A stretch of DNA of 64,000 nucleotides from positions 5,193 to 69,192 of the forward strand of contig JBAZBX010000002.1 of NCBI GenBank assembly GCA_041671305.1, read 5' to 3'. Positions 49,716 to 59,490 of this stretch are shown here, piece by piece. The stretch comes from Patescibacteria group bacterium (lineage in GTDB: Bacteria; Patescibacteriota; Patescibacteriia; 2-01-FULL-39-33). Under the pieces are notes generated by a model. It was not told where the DNA came from and ran no database searches. It saw nothing but the letters and a program-made list of their open reading frames with translations. The translations under genes and the position numbers were made by a program. Within the stretch, counting starts at the first letter, position 1. Each line of letters begins with the position of its first letter.

Positions 49716-51620
49716 ATGAACAATTCAAATTTAAATGAACGAAGGCCAAACCAGACCTTCAAACCAAATCTCGGTAACACACAAAAACAAAAAACGATTA
49801 ATCTGGATGCGGATAAATATTTTCCCGTCCCAGTTAAATCTCCTACCACTAGTCAGACGAGTCCCAAGGTAGTAGCAAAACCACACTACCCACAACCGAA
49901 TAGACTACACCAAAATAAACCTGTGACAAAAAACATTACTCCAGAAAAAAGATCTGGCGACGTGTTAAGGGTTATTCCCATCGGTGGCTGCGAAGAAGTG
50001 GGACGCAATATGACCGTATTTGAATACGGCCAAGATATTGTAATTCTGGATATGGGAATCCAATTTCCCGAAGAAGACATGCCGGGAATAGATTATATCA
50101 TTCCTAATGCAGACTATCTGAAAGGAAAGGAAAAAAATATCCGTGGCGTAATATTTTCACACGGACATCTGGATCATATCGGAGCAGCGCCTATTCTTTT
50201 GGAAAAACTAGGTAATCCTACAATTATCGGCGCAGATCTAACTCTGGCTATGGTAAAACATAGACAAGAAGATTACAAAAAGGGCAGTGCCGATAAACTC
50301 AAGACTGTAGTTGTCAAAAATCTCAATGAAAAAATTAAATTAGGTATTTTTGAAATAAGCTTCTTCCAGATTGAGCACTCCATTATGGATGCCATGGGAA
50401 TAATTTTCAAAACTCCAACTGCTACCGTCATTCATCCCGGAGACTGGACTCTAGAAAGAGACATCGCAGGCAAACCGATATTGGATTATACTTTCTTGAG
50501 TAAACTTCCCAGGCCAACAGTGCTAATGATGGAAAGTTTAGGCGCCATTGATGTCCGAAAAAGCGCCACCACTGCGGAGATGAAAAAAAATATTACCCAA
50601 CTGCTTTCCGATGCTCCAGGCAGAATTATCCTGGGGACATTCTCTTCTCAAATAGAGAGGATAGACTGGCTTTTTGAAATTGGCCAAAAACTTGGCAAAA
50701 AAATCGCGCTTGACGGCTATAGCATGAAGGTCAATGTAGAAATAGCCAAAAAATTAGGATATATCAAAATAGCCAAAGGCCAACTGATCAAAATTGAACA
50801 AATTGATGATTTTCCCGACAACAAAGTCATGGTGCTTTGCACCGGAGCTCAAGGCGAAGGCAATGCCGTACTATCCAGAATTATTGAAGGCACAAACCGC
50901 CATATCAAAATTAGAAAAAACGACACCGTAATACTTTCATCCTCAATCATCCCAGGAAACGAAAGAACTATCCAAAGACTCAAAGACAACCTGTATCGCC
51001 AATGCGATAATGTCATTCATGGCAGTATCATGGATATCCATGTTTCCGGACACGGCAACAGAAATGATATTATTTATATGCTGGAACAGATAATGCCGGA
51101 TTATTTCATCCCTGTTTACGCCAATCATTATTTTCTCAAGGAAGCCGCCAAGCTGGCTCGTGAGATTGGATTTAATCCCGAGAGAATATTCGTGCCGGAT
51201 AATGGACAGGTTATGGAATTTGATAAAAATGGCGGAAGAATCACGGAACAGAAAGTTCCCTCCAGTTACGTTTTCGTGGACGGCCTCGGCATTACAGATA
51301 GCAACAATGTTGTACTTCGCGATAGAAAAATGATGGCCGAAGACGGCATGCTAGTCGTCATTGCCACAGTTGATGGAAAGAATGGCCAGCTTATCCATAA
51401 TCCCGATCTTATCTCGCGCGGTTTTGTCTATATGAAAGAAAATAAACGGCTGATTGAAATGGTCAGACAAAAAGTCAAAAAATTAATCAAAGAAAACAAT
51501 CCCAAAGTCGCGCCCGATGATCAATACCTGAAAGAATTGATTAGAAACGAAATCGGTAAATTCCTTTATCAGAAAACTGAAAAGAGACCCATGATTTTGC
51601 CGGTGATTATAGAAGTATAA
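49716..51620 (+). CDS. rnj: Ribonuclease J
   Basis: IPIGGCEEVGRNM, HGHLDHIG, IHVSGHG and RPMILPVIIEV, with a ~80-aa disordered N-terminal extension. Confidence 0.96.
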   Translation: MNNSNLNERRPNQTFKPNLGNTQKQKTINLDADKYFPVPVKSPTTSQTSPKVVAKPHYPQPNRLHQNKPVTKNITPEKRSGDVLRVIPIGGCEEVGRNMTVFEYGQDIVILDMGIQFPEEDMPGIDYIIPNADYLKGKEKNIRGVIFSHGHLDHIGAAPILLEKLGNPTIIGADLTLAMVKHRQEDYKKGSADKLKTVVVKNLNEKIKLGIFEISFFQIEHSIMDAMGIIFKTPTATVIHPGDWTLERDIAGKPILDYTFLSKLPRPTVLMMESLGAIDVRKSATTAEMKKNITQLLSDAPGRIILGTFSSQIERIDWLFEIGQKLGKKIALDGYSMKVNVEIAKKLGYIKIAKGQLIKIEQIDDFPDNKVMVLCTGAQGEGNAVLSRIIEGTNRHIKIRKNDTVILSSSIIPGNERTIQRLKDNLYRQCDNVIHGSIMDIHVSGHGNRNDIIYMLEQIMPDYFIPVYANHYFLKEAAKLAREIGFNPERIFVPDNGQVMEFDKNGGRITEQKVPSSYVFVDGLGITDSNNVVLRDRKMMAEDGMLVVIATVDGKNGQLIHNPDLISRGFVYMKENKRLIEMVRQKVKKLIKENNPKVAPDDQYLKELIRNEIGKFLYQKTEKRPMILPVIIEV

Positions 51621-51732
51621 TTCCACTTTGTCGCTTTTCCTTTTTTAGTAACAGGAATGCAGGTACAAAATACAAAATTTGCATTATAAATTTAAAAAAT
51701 GCTACAATTAATGCAAATAAATCAATAATTTT

Positions 51733-52680
51733 ATGTCCAAACCAGTCATCGTCTCAGGAACACAGCCATCAGGATTTTTGCATATCGGTAATTATCTTGG
51801 CGCCATAAAAAATTGGGTTGATTTGCAAAACAGCGGAAAGTATGATTGCTTCTTTTTTATCGCTGATTTTCATTCCATAACCGAAAATTATTCGCCAGCA
51901 GAAAAAAGAGTGCAAGTTCTCAATCTGGCTTGCGATTATCTGGCTGCCGGACTTGATCCCAAAAAATCAACTATTTTTATCCAATCACAAGTCCCCCAAT
52001 GCACGGAATTGGCTTGGATTTTTAATACCTTGACTCCAATTGGCGAGCTGGAGAGAATGATACAATTCAAAGACAAGTCTCAAAAGCAAAATAAAAATGT
52101 AAATGCCGGACTCCTCACCTACCCCATCCTACAAGCCGCGGACATTTTGATTTATCATGGTGAATTTGTGCCTGTCGGTCAAGATCAAATCCAGCATTTG
52201 GAATTGACCCACGATACGGTTAAGTGGTTCAACAACAAATATGCCACAAAGTATTTCCAAGACGTTAAGCCGCTTCTGACAGAAACTCCCAAAATCATGA
52301 GCCTAGTAGAGCCGACGAGCAAGATGTCCAAATCCGCCGGAGCCAAACATTACATTGGGATTGATGAGTCGCCGGAAATTATCTCTCAAAAACTATCCAA
52401 AGCAGTTTCTACTCCCGAAGGCATAGAGAATTTAAGAGCTATTTACAAAGCATTTGAGAAATCCATGTCCGGTGAATTTAAGGAAAATAAAATGTCCGAG
52501 ACTAAAAAAATTATTGCTCAAGGCATTGCCAATTACTTTGCCGACTTCCGCAAGAAAAAAGCCGAGTTAATGAAAGATCCGAAAAAAGTCATGAAAATTT
52601 TGGAGCAAGGAAAGAAAAAAGCCCAACCCATAGCACAGAAAACACTTCAAGAAGTGAAAAAGATTATCGGATTAATATAG
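51733..52680 (+). CDS. trpS: Tryptophan--tRNA ligase
   Basis: SGTQPSGFLHIGNYLGA, YPILQAADIL, VPVGQDQ and KMSKS. Confidence 0.96.
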   Translation: MSKPVIVSGTQPSGFLHIGNYLGAIKNWVDLQNSGKYDCFFFIADFHSITENYSPAEKRVQVLNLACDYLAAGLDPKKSTIFIQSQVPQCTELAWIFNTLTPIGELERMIQFKDKSQKQNKNVNAGLLTYPILQAADILIYHGEFVPVGQDQIQHLELTHDTVKWFNNKYATKYFQDVKPLLTETPKIMSLVEPTSKMSKSAGAKHYIGIDESPEIISQKLSKAVSTPEGIENLRAIYKAFEKSMSGEFKENKMSETKKIIAQGIANYFADFRKKKAELMKDPKKVMKILEQGKKKAQPIAQKTLQEVKKIIGLI

Positions 52681-52689
52681 TTATATTAC

Positions 52690-52720
52690 AAAAAATCCCG
52701 CTTAAGCGGGATTTTTTTAT
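52690..52720. terminator. Bidirectional intrinsic terminator
   Basis: aaaaaatcccgc-ttaa-gcgggattttttt between convergent genes. Confidence 0.85.
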
Positions 52721-52727
52721 TTTGTTT

Positions 52728-53000
52728 TTAATCTTCCTTTCCCCAAAATTCATCTGCTTCCTCTTCCATTTTTTTGAGTCTTATATAATAATCAGGAAAC
52801 TCATTAAGATGTGCTAGGGCAATTTTCCCCGTTGTAAATGCACCGTCATTAGTCACATTAGTTTGAGGATCGCGAATGCCGTGTTCAAGTTCTACATCCA
52901 TACCCATCCTAAATTGTTCCACATCAAATTTAGCCCAATCAAGTCCTAGACGTTCACCAATTTCCTTAGCTTCCTCAGCTGTAAAAGATTGCTTACTCAT
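52728..53000 (-). CDS. DUF5661-like small protein
   Basis: FDVEQFRMGMDVELEHG..TGKIALAHLNEFPDYY. Confidence 0.8.
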   Translation of the reverse strand: MSKQSFTAEEAKEIGERLGLDWAKFDVEQFRMGMDVELEHGIRDPQTNVTNDGAFTTGKIALAHLNEFPDYYIRLKKMEEEADEFWGKED

Positions 53001-53004
53001 AATA

Positions 53005-54378
53005 TTATCTGATAATTTTTAATAATTTAACCTTTTCTTTTTCCATGACCTTTATACTTTGACTTTCTACATTCAATCGTACAAGAGGCTCCGTATTGGA
53101 CGACCGGACATTAAAAAACCAACCCTGACCATAAACAGAAAGTCCGTCAATATTTTTCTGTTCATAATTCTTGTACATCGTGGATAATTTATTTTTCACT
53201 TTTTCAAAATTTCCAATTTTCAAATTTATTTCTCCGGAAATAACAAACTTATCCCTATAAATTTTTATTGCCTCAGAAAGCTTGAGTCCGCTCATAGCCA
53301 GATATTCCATCACGAGCAAGGCCGGTATAATGCCATCGCCGAAAACATAATTCTTTTTCAGTTCTTTGGAAAATAAAAAATTCAAAAAATAATGACCGGA
53401 ATTTTCACTGCCAAATAAATACTTTTTATTTTGCATCTTCTTGAGAATATTGGTATATCCGGAACGATTCACTACAGGTTTACCACCCATTTTTACTATC
53501 ATCTCAGAAATATTTACAGGCAAACGAGCATCCAAAACCAAGGGCAATCCCGGCTTCAAACTGCCGTATTTGAGAAGCATGATTTGATAAAGCAAACAAT
53601 TGATGTGGTAGGAATTAACTGAAACTCCCTGGTCATCTACAAAAATACATCTATCAGCATCACCATCCCAAATTATTCCCAAATCCGCTTTCTGTTTTTT
53701 CACTTCAGAGCAAAGCAAGTCCCTGCTTTCCTGAAGCATCGGATTCAAGCCGTGAGTTGGATATTTATCTCCTTTAACAAAATTAATTTTTGTTTTCTTA
53801 ATCTTTAATTTGGAAAATATGTGGGAAGCCATAATTGATCCCGCGCCATCGCTGGCATCCAATATAACATTTAAATCCTGAATATGAGAAAAATCCACGA
53901 TGCTCCGGCAATATTTTTCATACTCGCCGGCAATGCTTATTTTTTTAACAATCGCTTTTTTGCGCAATGGTTTTATCACCATGGCATTAGCAATTTTTTG
54001 CAATTCCTTTAATCCTGTCTTAAGTCCAATCGGTACGCCATCAACCGTGCAAAATTTCAATCCAGTATATCCATTGGGATTATGCGAAGGTGTAATCATG
54101 ACTCCGCCATCAAATTTTTTGACCCCTACGGCAAAAAACAATGCCGGCGTGCAATTAACTCCCAAATCAAAAATTTTTGCTCCGGCATCATAAGCGCCCT
54201 GAATAAAAGGCTTGGATAGCTTAGCCGATTCAATCCTTTTATCTTTGCATACGGCAATGGTTTTTAACTTTTTAAACTTCACAAAAGCATAGCCAAGACG
54301 ATAACCGTCTTCATTGTTAATTTCTGCCGGATAAATTCCTCGGATATCATATTCTTTGAAAATTTTTGGATTGATCAT
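53005..54378 (-). CDS. Phosphomannomutase/phosphoglucomutase
   Basis: FKEYDIRG, ITPSHNP, DGDADR, ENSGH and RSSNTEP. Confidence 0.93.
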   Translation of the reverse strand: MINPKIFKEYDIRGIYPAEINNEDGYRLGYAFVKFKKLKTIAVCKDKRIESAKLSKPFIQGAYDAGAKIFDLGVNCTPALFFAVGVKKFDGGVMITPSHNPNGYTGLKFCTVDGVPIGLKTGLKELQKIANAMVIKPLRKKAIVKKISIAGEYEKYCRSIVDFSHIQDLNVILDASDGAGSIMASHIFSKLKIKKTKINFVKGDKYPTHGLNPMLQESRDLLCSEVKKQKADLGIIWDGDADRCIFVDDQGVSVNSYHINCLLYQIMLLKYGSLKPGLPLVLDARLPVNISEMIVKMGGKPVVNRSGYTNILKKMQNKKYLFGSENSGHYFLNFLFSKELKKNYVFGDGIIPALLVMEYLAMSGLKLSEAIKIYRDKFVISGEINLKIGNFEKVKNKLSTMYKNYEQKNIDGLSVYGQGWFFNVRSSNTEPLVRLNVESQSIKVMEKEKVKLLKIIR

Positions 54379-54412
54379 ATTGATATATAATTAAAATATT
54401 ACTTAAATTTTA

Positions 54413-55141
54413 TCATTTTTTCCTAGCGATAGCCATCAAATTATATCCATTCCAAAAACTGGTTTTTGTTCCCTTGTTCTCATAATATATTTCTTGAATT
54501 TCAAAACCGGCTTTTTGCAAAAGATTTTTCATCTCGCCCTTAGCAAACGAATGGACGTATCTTCGGCTTTCAGCCCCTATCGGCTTCCAGGGTATGAAAA
54601 CATCCTTAAACGACCAAACGCCCTGAGATAATTTATATTTATAATCTACAATCATGGGACGATATTTTTTGATGCCAAAAATATTCCAATTAGACATGAC
54701 CAAAGTTCCTCCGGGTTTGAGTAATTTATAAATATCCGCCAAAATCTTCAATCGCAATTCTTTAGTCGGAATATGATGCAAAACCGCCAGCATAAAAACG
54801 AGATTAAAGGACTGGCTCGCCGTAACATCCAATTTTATTATATCCCCTACTTCAAATTTAATATTTTTTTTATTCGCAAATTTTTCTCTGGCAATTTTTA
54901 TTAATTCTTCTGAACTATCCACTCCTAAATAGCTTACATTTTTATCCAAGAATAATTCAGCCAGACGGCCATTGCCACAACCCAAATCCAAAACCCTATC
55001 TCCATCTTGGACAAAGCCCCTAAGCTCATCCAGAATATGCCACCATTTGGCTCTGGTCACAGAAAAATCTCCGGCGATAGTATTGTAAATATCGTGCGTT
55101 TCCCGTAATATTTTATTGACTTTATCTTGTTTTATGGGCAT
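54413..55141 (-). CDS. Trm9/ALKBH8-like class I SAM methyltransferase
   Basis: HDIYNTIAGDFSVTR, LDLGCGNGR, LAVLHHIPT..R, DVFIPWK and RYVHSF..GE match the Trm9 motif series. Confidence 0.75.
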   Translation of the reverse strand: MPIKQDKVNKILRETHDIYNTIAGDFSVTRAKWWHILDELRGFVQDGDRVLDLGCGNGRLAELFLDKNVSYLGVDSSEELIKIAREKFANKKNIKFEVGDIIKLDVTASQSFNLVFMLAVLHHIPTKELRLKILADIYKLLKPGGTLVMSNWNIFGIKKYRPMIVDYKYKLSQGVWSFKDVFIPWKPIGAESRRYVHSFAKGEMKNLLQKAGFEIQEIYYENKGTKTSFWNGYNLMAIARKK

Positions 55142-55176
55142 AATGTATTGATAATTAACAACTGTTATGACAGATT

Positions 55177-56739
55177 ATGAAGGATTTTAATCAAAAAATA
55201 CTTACCAATATTCTAAAACAAAAGCCTTCTACCGAAAAGGATCTTTTTAATATCTCCAGAAAGGAATTCGGCAAATACAAACTTCCCTCGCCGGAAAAAT
55301 CGTTACTGCTTTCAGCTTATCATAAATTAGTCAAAAATAAAAAGCTCAAAGCGGACAAAAAGATTGAGCAACTCCTCACCAAGCGAGCCGTGAGAACTCT
55401 TTCCGGAGTAGCCGTAATTTCCGTCCTGACCAAAGCCTATCCCTGCCCAGGAAAATGCTTGTATTGTCCCACCGAAAAAAACATGCCCAAAAGCTATCTC
55501 TCCAACGAGCCGGCAGTGATGAGAGCGATTCTAGCCAAGTTTGATCCTTTCAAACAAGTTCAGATAAGACTAGACGCACTCAAGGCCAACGGACATTCAA
55601 CTGAAAAAGTAGAATTAATCGTCATGGGCGGTACTTGGTCATATCTGGATACCAAATATCAAAATTGGTTTATTAAACGCTGTCTTGAGGCGCTAAATGG
55701 CAAAACCGCCAAAAATCTGGAACAAGCGCAGAAACAAAATGAGTCAGCCAAACATCGCTGTATTGGATTAACATTGGAAACTAGACCTGATTATATTGAT
55801 GAAAAAGAAATAATAAAAATGAGAAAATTAGGCGCGACCAGAGTAGAGCTGGGCATCCAGCACATTGATGATAATATTTTGAAATTAAATCGTCGCGGAC
55901 ACAAAAATGCCAAGTCCATTGAAGCCATTGCATTACTAAAAAAAGCGGGATTCAAGATAAACTATCACCTCATGCTCAATCTTCCTGGATCAACTCCAAT
56001 CAAAGATTTGGCCATGTTCAAAAAATTGTATAGTTCTCCAAATTACATGCCGGATATGATCAAAATTTATCCTTGCGTAGTAAATAAATATGCTCCTTTA
56101 TATAAATTATGGAAAACTGGCCAGTACCAACCATACTCCGACAGGCAACTGAGAGATTTAATTGTCAAAATAAAAAAAATCACTCCTCCCTTTGTCCGAA
56201 TCACTAGGCTGATTCGTGATATTCCCGAGGAAAGCATTATGGCCGGAAATAAAATTACCAACCTGCGTCAGCTCATCAATAATTCCGCAAGCCAAGACGG
56301 CTGGTCATGCAAGTGCATAAGATGCCGGGAAGCGGGACACCAACAAAACAATTTTCAAAAGCCAAAGTTAAATGTAATTAAATATCAAGCTTCAAAAGGC
56401 ACGGAATATTTTTTGTCATTTGAGTCAAAAGACGAAAAAATCTTATACGCCTTTTTGCGGCTGAGAATAAATAACCATCCTGAAAATAATTTTATTCCTG
56501 CCTTGCGAAATTCGGCTATAATCCGCGAATTACATACTTATGGACAACTTACTTCCCTGGGCGACGCAGGAGAAGTACAGCATACTGGCATGGGCAAAAA
56601 ATTATTGGAGCAAGCTGAAACAATCACCCGCCAACATCGTCTAAATAAAATAGCGGTAATATCCGGCATTGGCGTCAGAAAATATTATCAAAAATTGGGA
56701 TACGAGTTGCAAGATGAGTACATGGTTAAAAATATTTAA
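55177..56739 (+). CDS. elp3: Elp3-family tRNA U34 carboxymethyltransferase (radical SAM plus GNAT)
   Basis: RTLSGVAVI, CPGKCLYCP, MPKSY, IVMGGT, ETRPD, RVELGIQ, KIYP, IRELHTYG, QHTGMG and VISGIGVRKYY. Confidence 0.93.
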   Translation: MKDFNQKILTNILKQKPSTEKDLFNISRKEFGKYKLPSPEKSLLLSAYHKLVKNKKLKADKKIEQLLTKRAVRTLSGVAVISVLTKAYPCPGKCLYCPTEKNMPKSYLSNEPAVMRAILAKFDPFKQVQIRLDALKANGHSTEKVELIVMGGTWSYLDTKYQNWFIKRCLEALNGKTAKNLEQAQKQNESAKHRCIGLTLETRPDYIDEKEIIKMRKLGATRVELGIQHIDDNILKLNRRGHKNAKSIEAIALLKKAGFKINYHLMLNLPGSTPIKDLAMFKKLYSSPNYMPDMIKIYPCVVNKYAPLYKLWKTGQYQPYSDRQLRDLIVKIKKITPPFVRITRLIRDIPEESIMAGNKITNLRQLINNSASQDGWSCKCIRCREAGHQQNNFQKPKLNVIKYQASKGTEYFLSFESKDEKILYAFLRLRINNHPENNFIPALRNSAIIRELHTYGQLTSLGDAGEVQHTGMGKKLLEQAETITRQHRLNKIAVISGIGVRKYYQKLGYELQDEYMVKNI

Positions 56740-56800
56740 GAGTGTCATTACAAAAATTAATTCATAATTAATAATCCTTAATTATAATAAGTAAGTAAGT

Positions 56801-57265
56801 ATGTCTGATATCAACAAAACAACTCTCGGTGAAATAGGAGTGTTTACCAATATGATCGCGTCCGGCCCGGTTATTATTCAAGCGCACGACGGGGTTGAAA
56901 AAACTCTGTTGGTTAAACACGGCGACAGACCTATTGAAGAATTAAAATGGAAATTCTGCGGCGGAAAAATTTTGAAGGGAATGGATTTGGAAGAAAACGC
57001 CATCCGTGAAGCTCAAGAAGAAATCGGCGCCACAGTCAAGCTCATAAAGCCTCTTAAACCGCTAGTCATTTGGAATGAGGTTCCTGAAACTGGGTCAGAA
57101 CAGCCGGAAGCAATTATCCTTATTCATTATTTAGCCACAATTGATCAAGAACCGAAAAAAGGTAAACAAATTTTGGCCATGGAATGGTTTGATATAAATA
57201 ATTTGCCAGACGATTGTGCGCCCAATATAAAACCGATCATCCAAAATTATTTGGATTTGAAATAA
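56801..57265 (+). CDS. NUDIX hydrolase
   Basis: WKFCGGK..EENAIREAQEEIG. Confidence 0.85.
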   Translation: MSDINKTTLGEIGVFTNMIASGPVIIQAHDGVEKTLLVKHGDRPIEELKWKFCGGKILKGMDLEENAIREAQEEIGATVKLIKPLKPLVIWNEVPETGSEQPEAIILIHYLATIDQEPKKGKQILAMEWFDINNLPDDCAPNIKPIIQNYLDLK

Positions 57266-57280
57266 TCCTTTTTGAAAATA

Positions 57281-57310
57281 AAAAAGTCCCGCCTTCAAGC
57301 GGGATTTTTA
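57281..57310. terminator. Intrinsic terminator
   Basis: aaaaagtcccgc-cttcaa-gcgggattttt. Confidence 0.75.
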
Positions 57311-57446
57311 TTCTCACAAAATAAAATCAACCTCTATAAACGATGGCCAAGATAGACAAAATTAAAGCCAAGACTGCCAAAATAATCGCCAAAGCAATTC
57401 CCAATTTTTCCTTCATAAATTTGATGAAATTAATATTGAAATTATT

Positions 57447-58163
57447 TTATTTACCACTCATAGCCAAAACGGAAGCGACAAATATCGTAGCTGTTTCCGC
57501 TCTTAGTATTCTTTTGCCCAGGCCGACGGTTTTCAGTCCCAAAGCCTTGGCTCCCTCTATTTCTTCATCCTCATAACCGCCTTCCGGACCGACAAAAATA
57601 TGAATTATTTTATTATTAATTTCTGATTTGAAATTATTATCAATTTCTTTCTCCCAAGAAATAAGTTTATCTCCTTCCTGCTGACTGCACCAATTAATAG
57701 CTTCATGAAAATTTACCAGATTGCCAAATTCCATAAGTCTGGTTCCTCCGCATTGTTCAATGGCTTCTTTTATTATTTCTCCATATCTTTTTCTCTTCGC
57801 CGGACTTACCTCCCTCACCACGCATCTATCAGATACCACCGGCACTACCGCATAAACTCCTATCTCCGCCAACTTCTGCAAAATCAAATCCAATTTATCC
57901 GACTTGAGCAATGATTGATAAATTATAATTTTGGTTTTTAATTCTTTGTCGTCATCTCTCTTGTCAAGGAGCAAAAATTCTGCGCAATTGCTATCCAGCT
58001 TGATAAGTTGAGCCAAATATTCCCCGCCCAAATTATTAAAAATAAAAAACCTATCCCCTTCTTTGGCACGCAACACTTTGGCTATTTGTGAGACTAATTT
58101 TTTGTCCTGACACGACGCATAATCGCCGGAAAAATCAGAAGGAGGAAGATAAAATCTCTGCAT
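57447..58163 (-). CDS. rsmE: 16S rRNA (uracil1498-N3)-methyltransferase
   Basis: KVLR, EAIEQCG, FVGPEGGY and LGKRILRAETA. Confidence 0.93.
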   Translation of the reverse strand: MQRFYLPPSDFSGDYASCQDKKLVSQIAKVLRAKEGDRFFIFNNLGGEYLAQLIKLDSNCAEFLLLDKRDDDKELKTKIIIYQSLLKSDKLDLILQKLAEIGVYAVVPVVSDRCVVREVSPAKRKRYGEIIKEAIEQCGGTRLMEFGNLVNFHEAINWCSQQEGDKLISWEKEIDNNFKSEINNKIIHIFVGPEGGYEDEEIEGAKALGLKTVGLGKRILRAETATIFVASVLAMSGK

Positions 58164-58242
58164 AATAAAACAATTGAAAAATTATTCTCTTAATGCTAAT
58201 ATTATATCATTAATTTAGATATAAATCACTAATTTTAAACCT

Positions 58243-59490
58243 ATGTCTATAGCACCCGCCATTTTTGAACTCATCAGAAAAGAAATTAAACGTCAACAGG
58301 AAGGCCTGATTATGATTGCCTCGGAAAATTATGCTTCTGTTGACTCCCTCAAAGCCATAGGAACGCCCTTATCCAATAAATATTCCGAAGGTTATCCCGG
58401 CAAAAGATTCTATACTGGCAACCAGTACATTGATGAGATAGAAAACTTGGCCAAAGCTGAAGCTCTGAAAATGTTCGGCTTGTCAGATCAAGAATGGGCT
58501 TCTAACGTCCAACCTCATTCCGGCTCTTCAGCCAACATGGCGGTTTACATGGGGTTACTTAGTGTCGGCGACAAGATAATGGGCATGGACTTAAGCCAAG
58601 GCGGACATTTGACTCATGGCAGTCCGGTAAATTTTTCTGGCAAGCTTTTTAATTTTGTGCACTATGGCGTAAACAAGGAAACACATCTTTTGGATTACGA
58701 CGAAATTGAAAGAATTGCGCTTGAAGAAAAACCCAAGATGATTGTCTGTGGGTATACTGCCTATCCCAGAACGGTTGATTTCCAAAGATTCAGACAAATT
58801 GCTGATAAAGTCGGAGCCCTAGTCATGGCTGACGTTTCGCACATCATAGGATTAATTATTGCCGGTGTTCATCCAACTCCTTTTCCTTATGCTGATGTGG
58901 TAACGTCAACCACTCACAAAACTCTCTCTGGTCCCAGAAGCGCTTTTATTGTCAGTAAAATCCAATATGCTTCACAAATTGATAAGGCCGTGTTTCCCGG
59001 AATGCAAGGCGGGCCATTAGACAATATTGTCGCCGCCAAAGCTATTGCCTTTTCTGAAGCTCAAAGCGAAGAATTCAAAGCCAAGCAATGGCAAATCGTC
59101 AAAAACAGCCAAGCCTTAGCTCAAACCTTATCCGATGCAGGCATCACCGTCATCACTGGCGGAACAGATACTCATTTGATGCTTTTGGATTGCAGGTCAG
59201 TCAACTTGCCTGGCAAGGAGGCGGTTAATCTTTTGGCGGAAGCAAATATTTATACCAACTTCAATATGATTCCTTATGATCCGGCTACGCCTTTCAATCC
59301 CTCAGGCATGAGGATCGGCACTCCCGCCCTGACCACCAGAGGTATGAAAGAAGATGAGATGAAAATCATCGGGGAATGGATTGCGCAAATATTTAAAAAT
59401 CCAAACGATGAACAATTAAGAATAAAAATAAAAGAACAAGTCAAAGAATTAACCCTGGGATTCCCGATTTATGAAAACTTCCAAATCTAA
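58243..59490 (+). CDS. glyA: Serine hydroxymethyltransferase
   Basis: IASENY, NKYSEGYPGKR, QPHSGSSAN, GGHLTHG, TTHKTL and QGGP. Confidence 0.97.
   Translation: MSIAPAIFELIRKEIKRQQEGLIMIASENYASVDSLKAIGTPLSNKYSEGYPGKRFYTGNQYIDEIENLAKAEALKMFGLSDQEWASNVQPHSGSSANMAVYMGLLSVGDKIMGMDLSQGGHLTHGSPVNFSGKLFNFVHYGVNKETHLLDYDEIERIALEEKPKMIVCGYTAYPRTVDFQRFRQIADKVGALVMADVSHIIGLIIAGVHPTPFPYADVVTSTTHKTLSGPRSAFIVSKIQYASQIDKAVFPGMQGGPLDNIVAAKAIAFSEAQSEEFKAKQWQIVKNSQALAQTLSDAGITVITGGTDTHLMLLDCRSVNLPGKEAVNLLAEANIYTNFNMIPYDPATPFNPSGMRIGTPALTTRGMKEDEMKIIGEWIAQIFKNPNDEQLRIKIKEQVKELTLGFPIYENFQI

Noticed and set aside
57343-57576. 77-aa plus-strand ORF downstream of rsmE
   Set aside because: It overlaps rsmE antisense. 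The region may instead hold a tiny minus-strand membrane peptide, which I cannot support.
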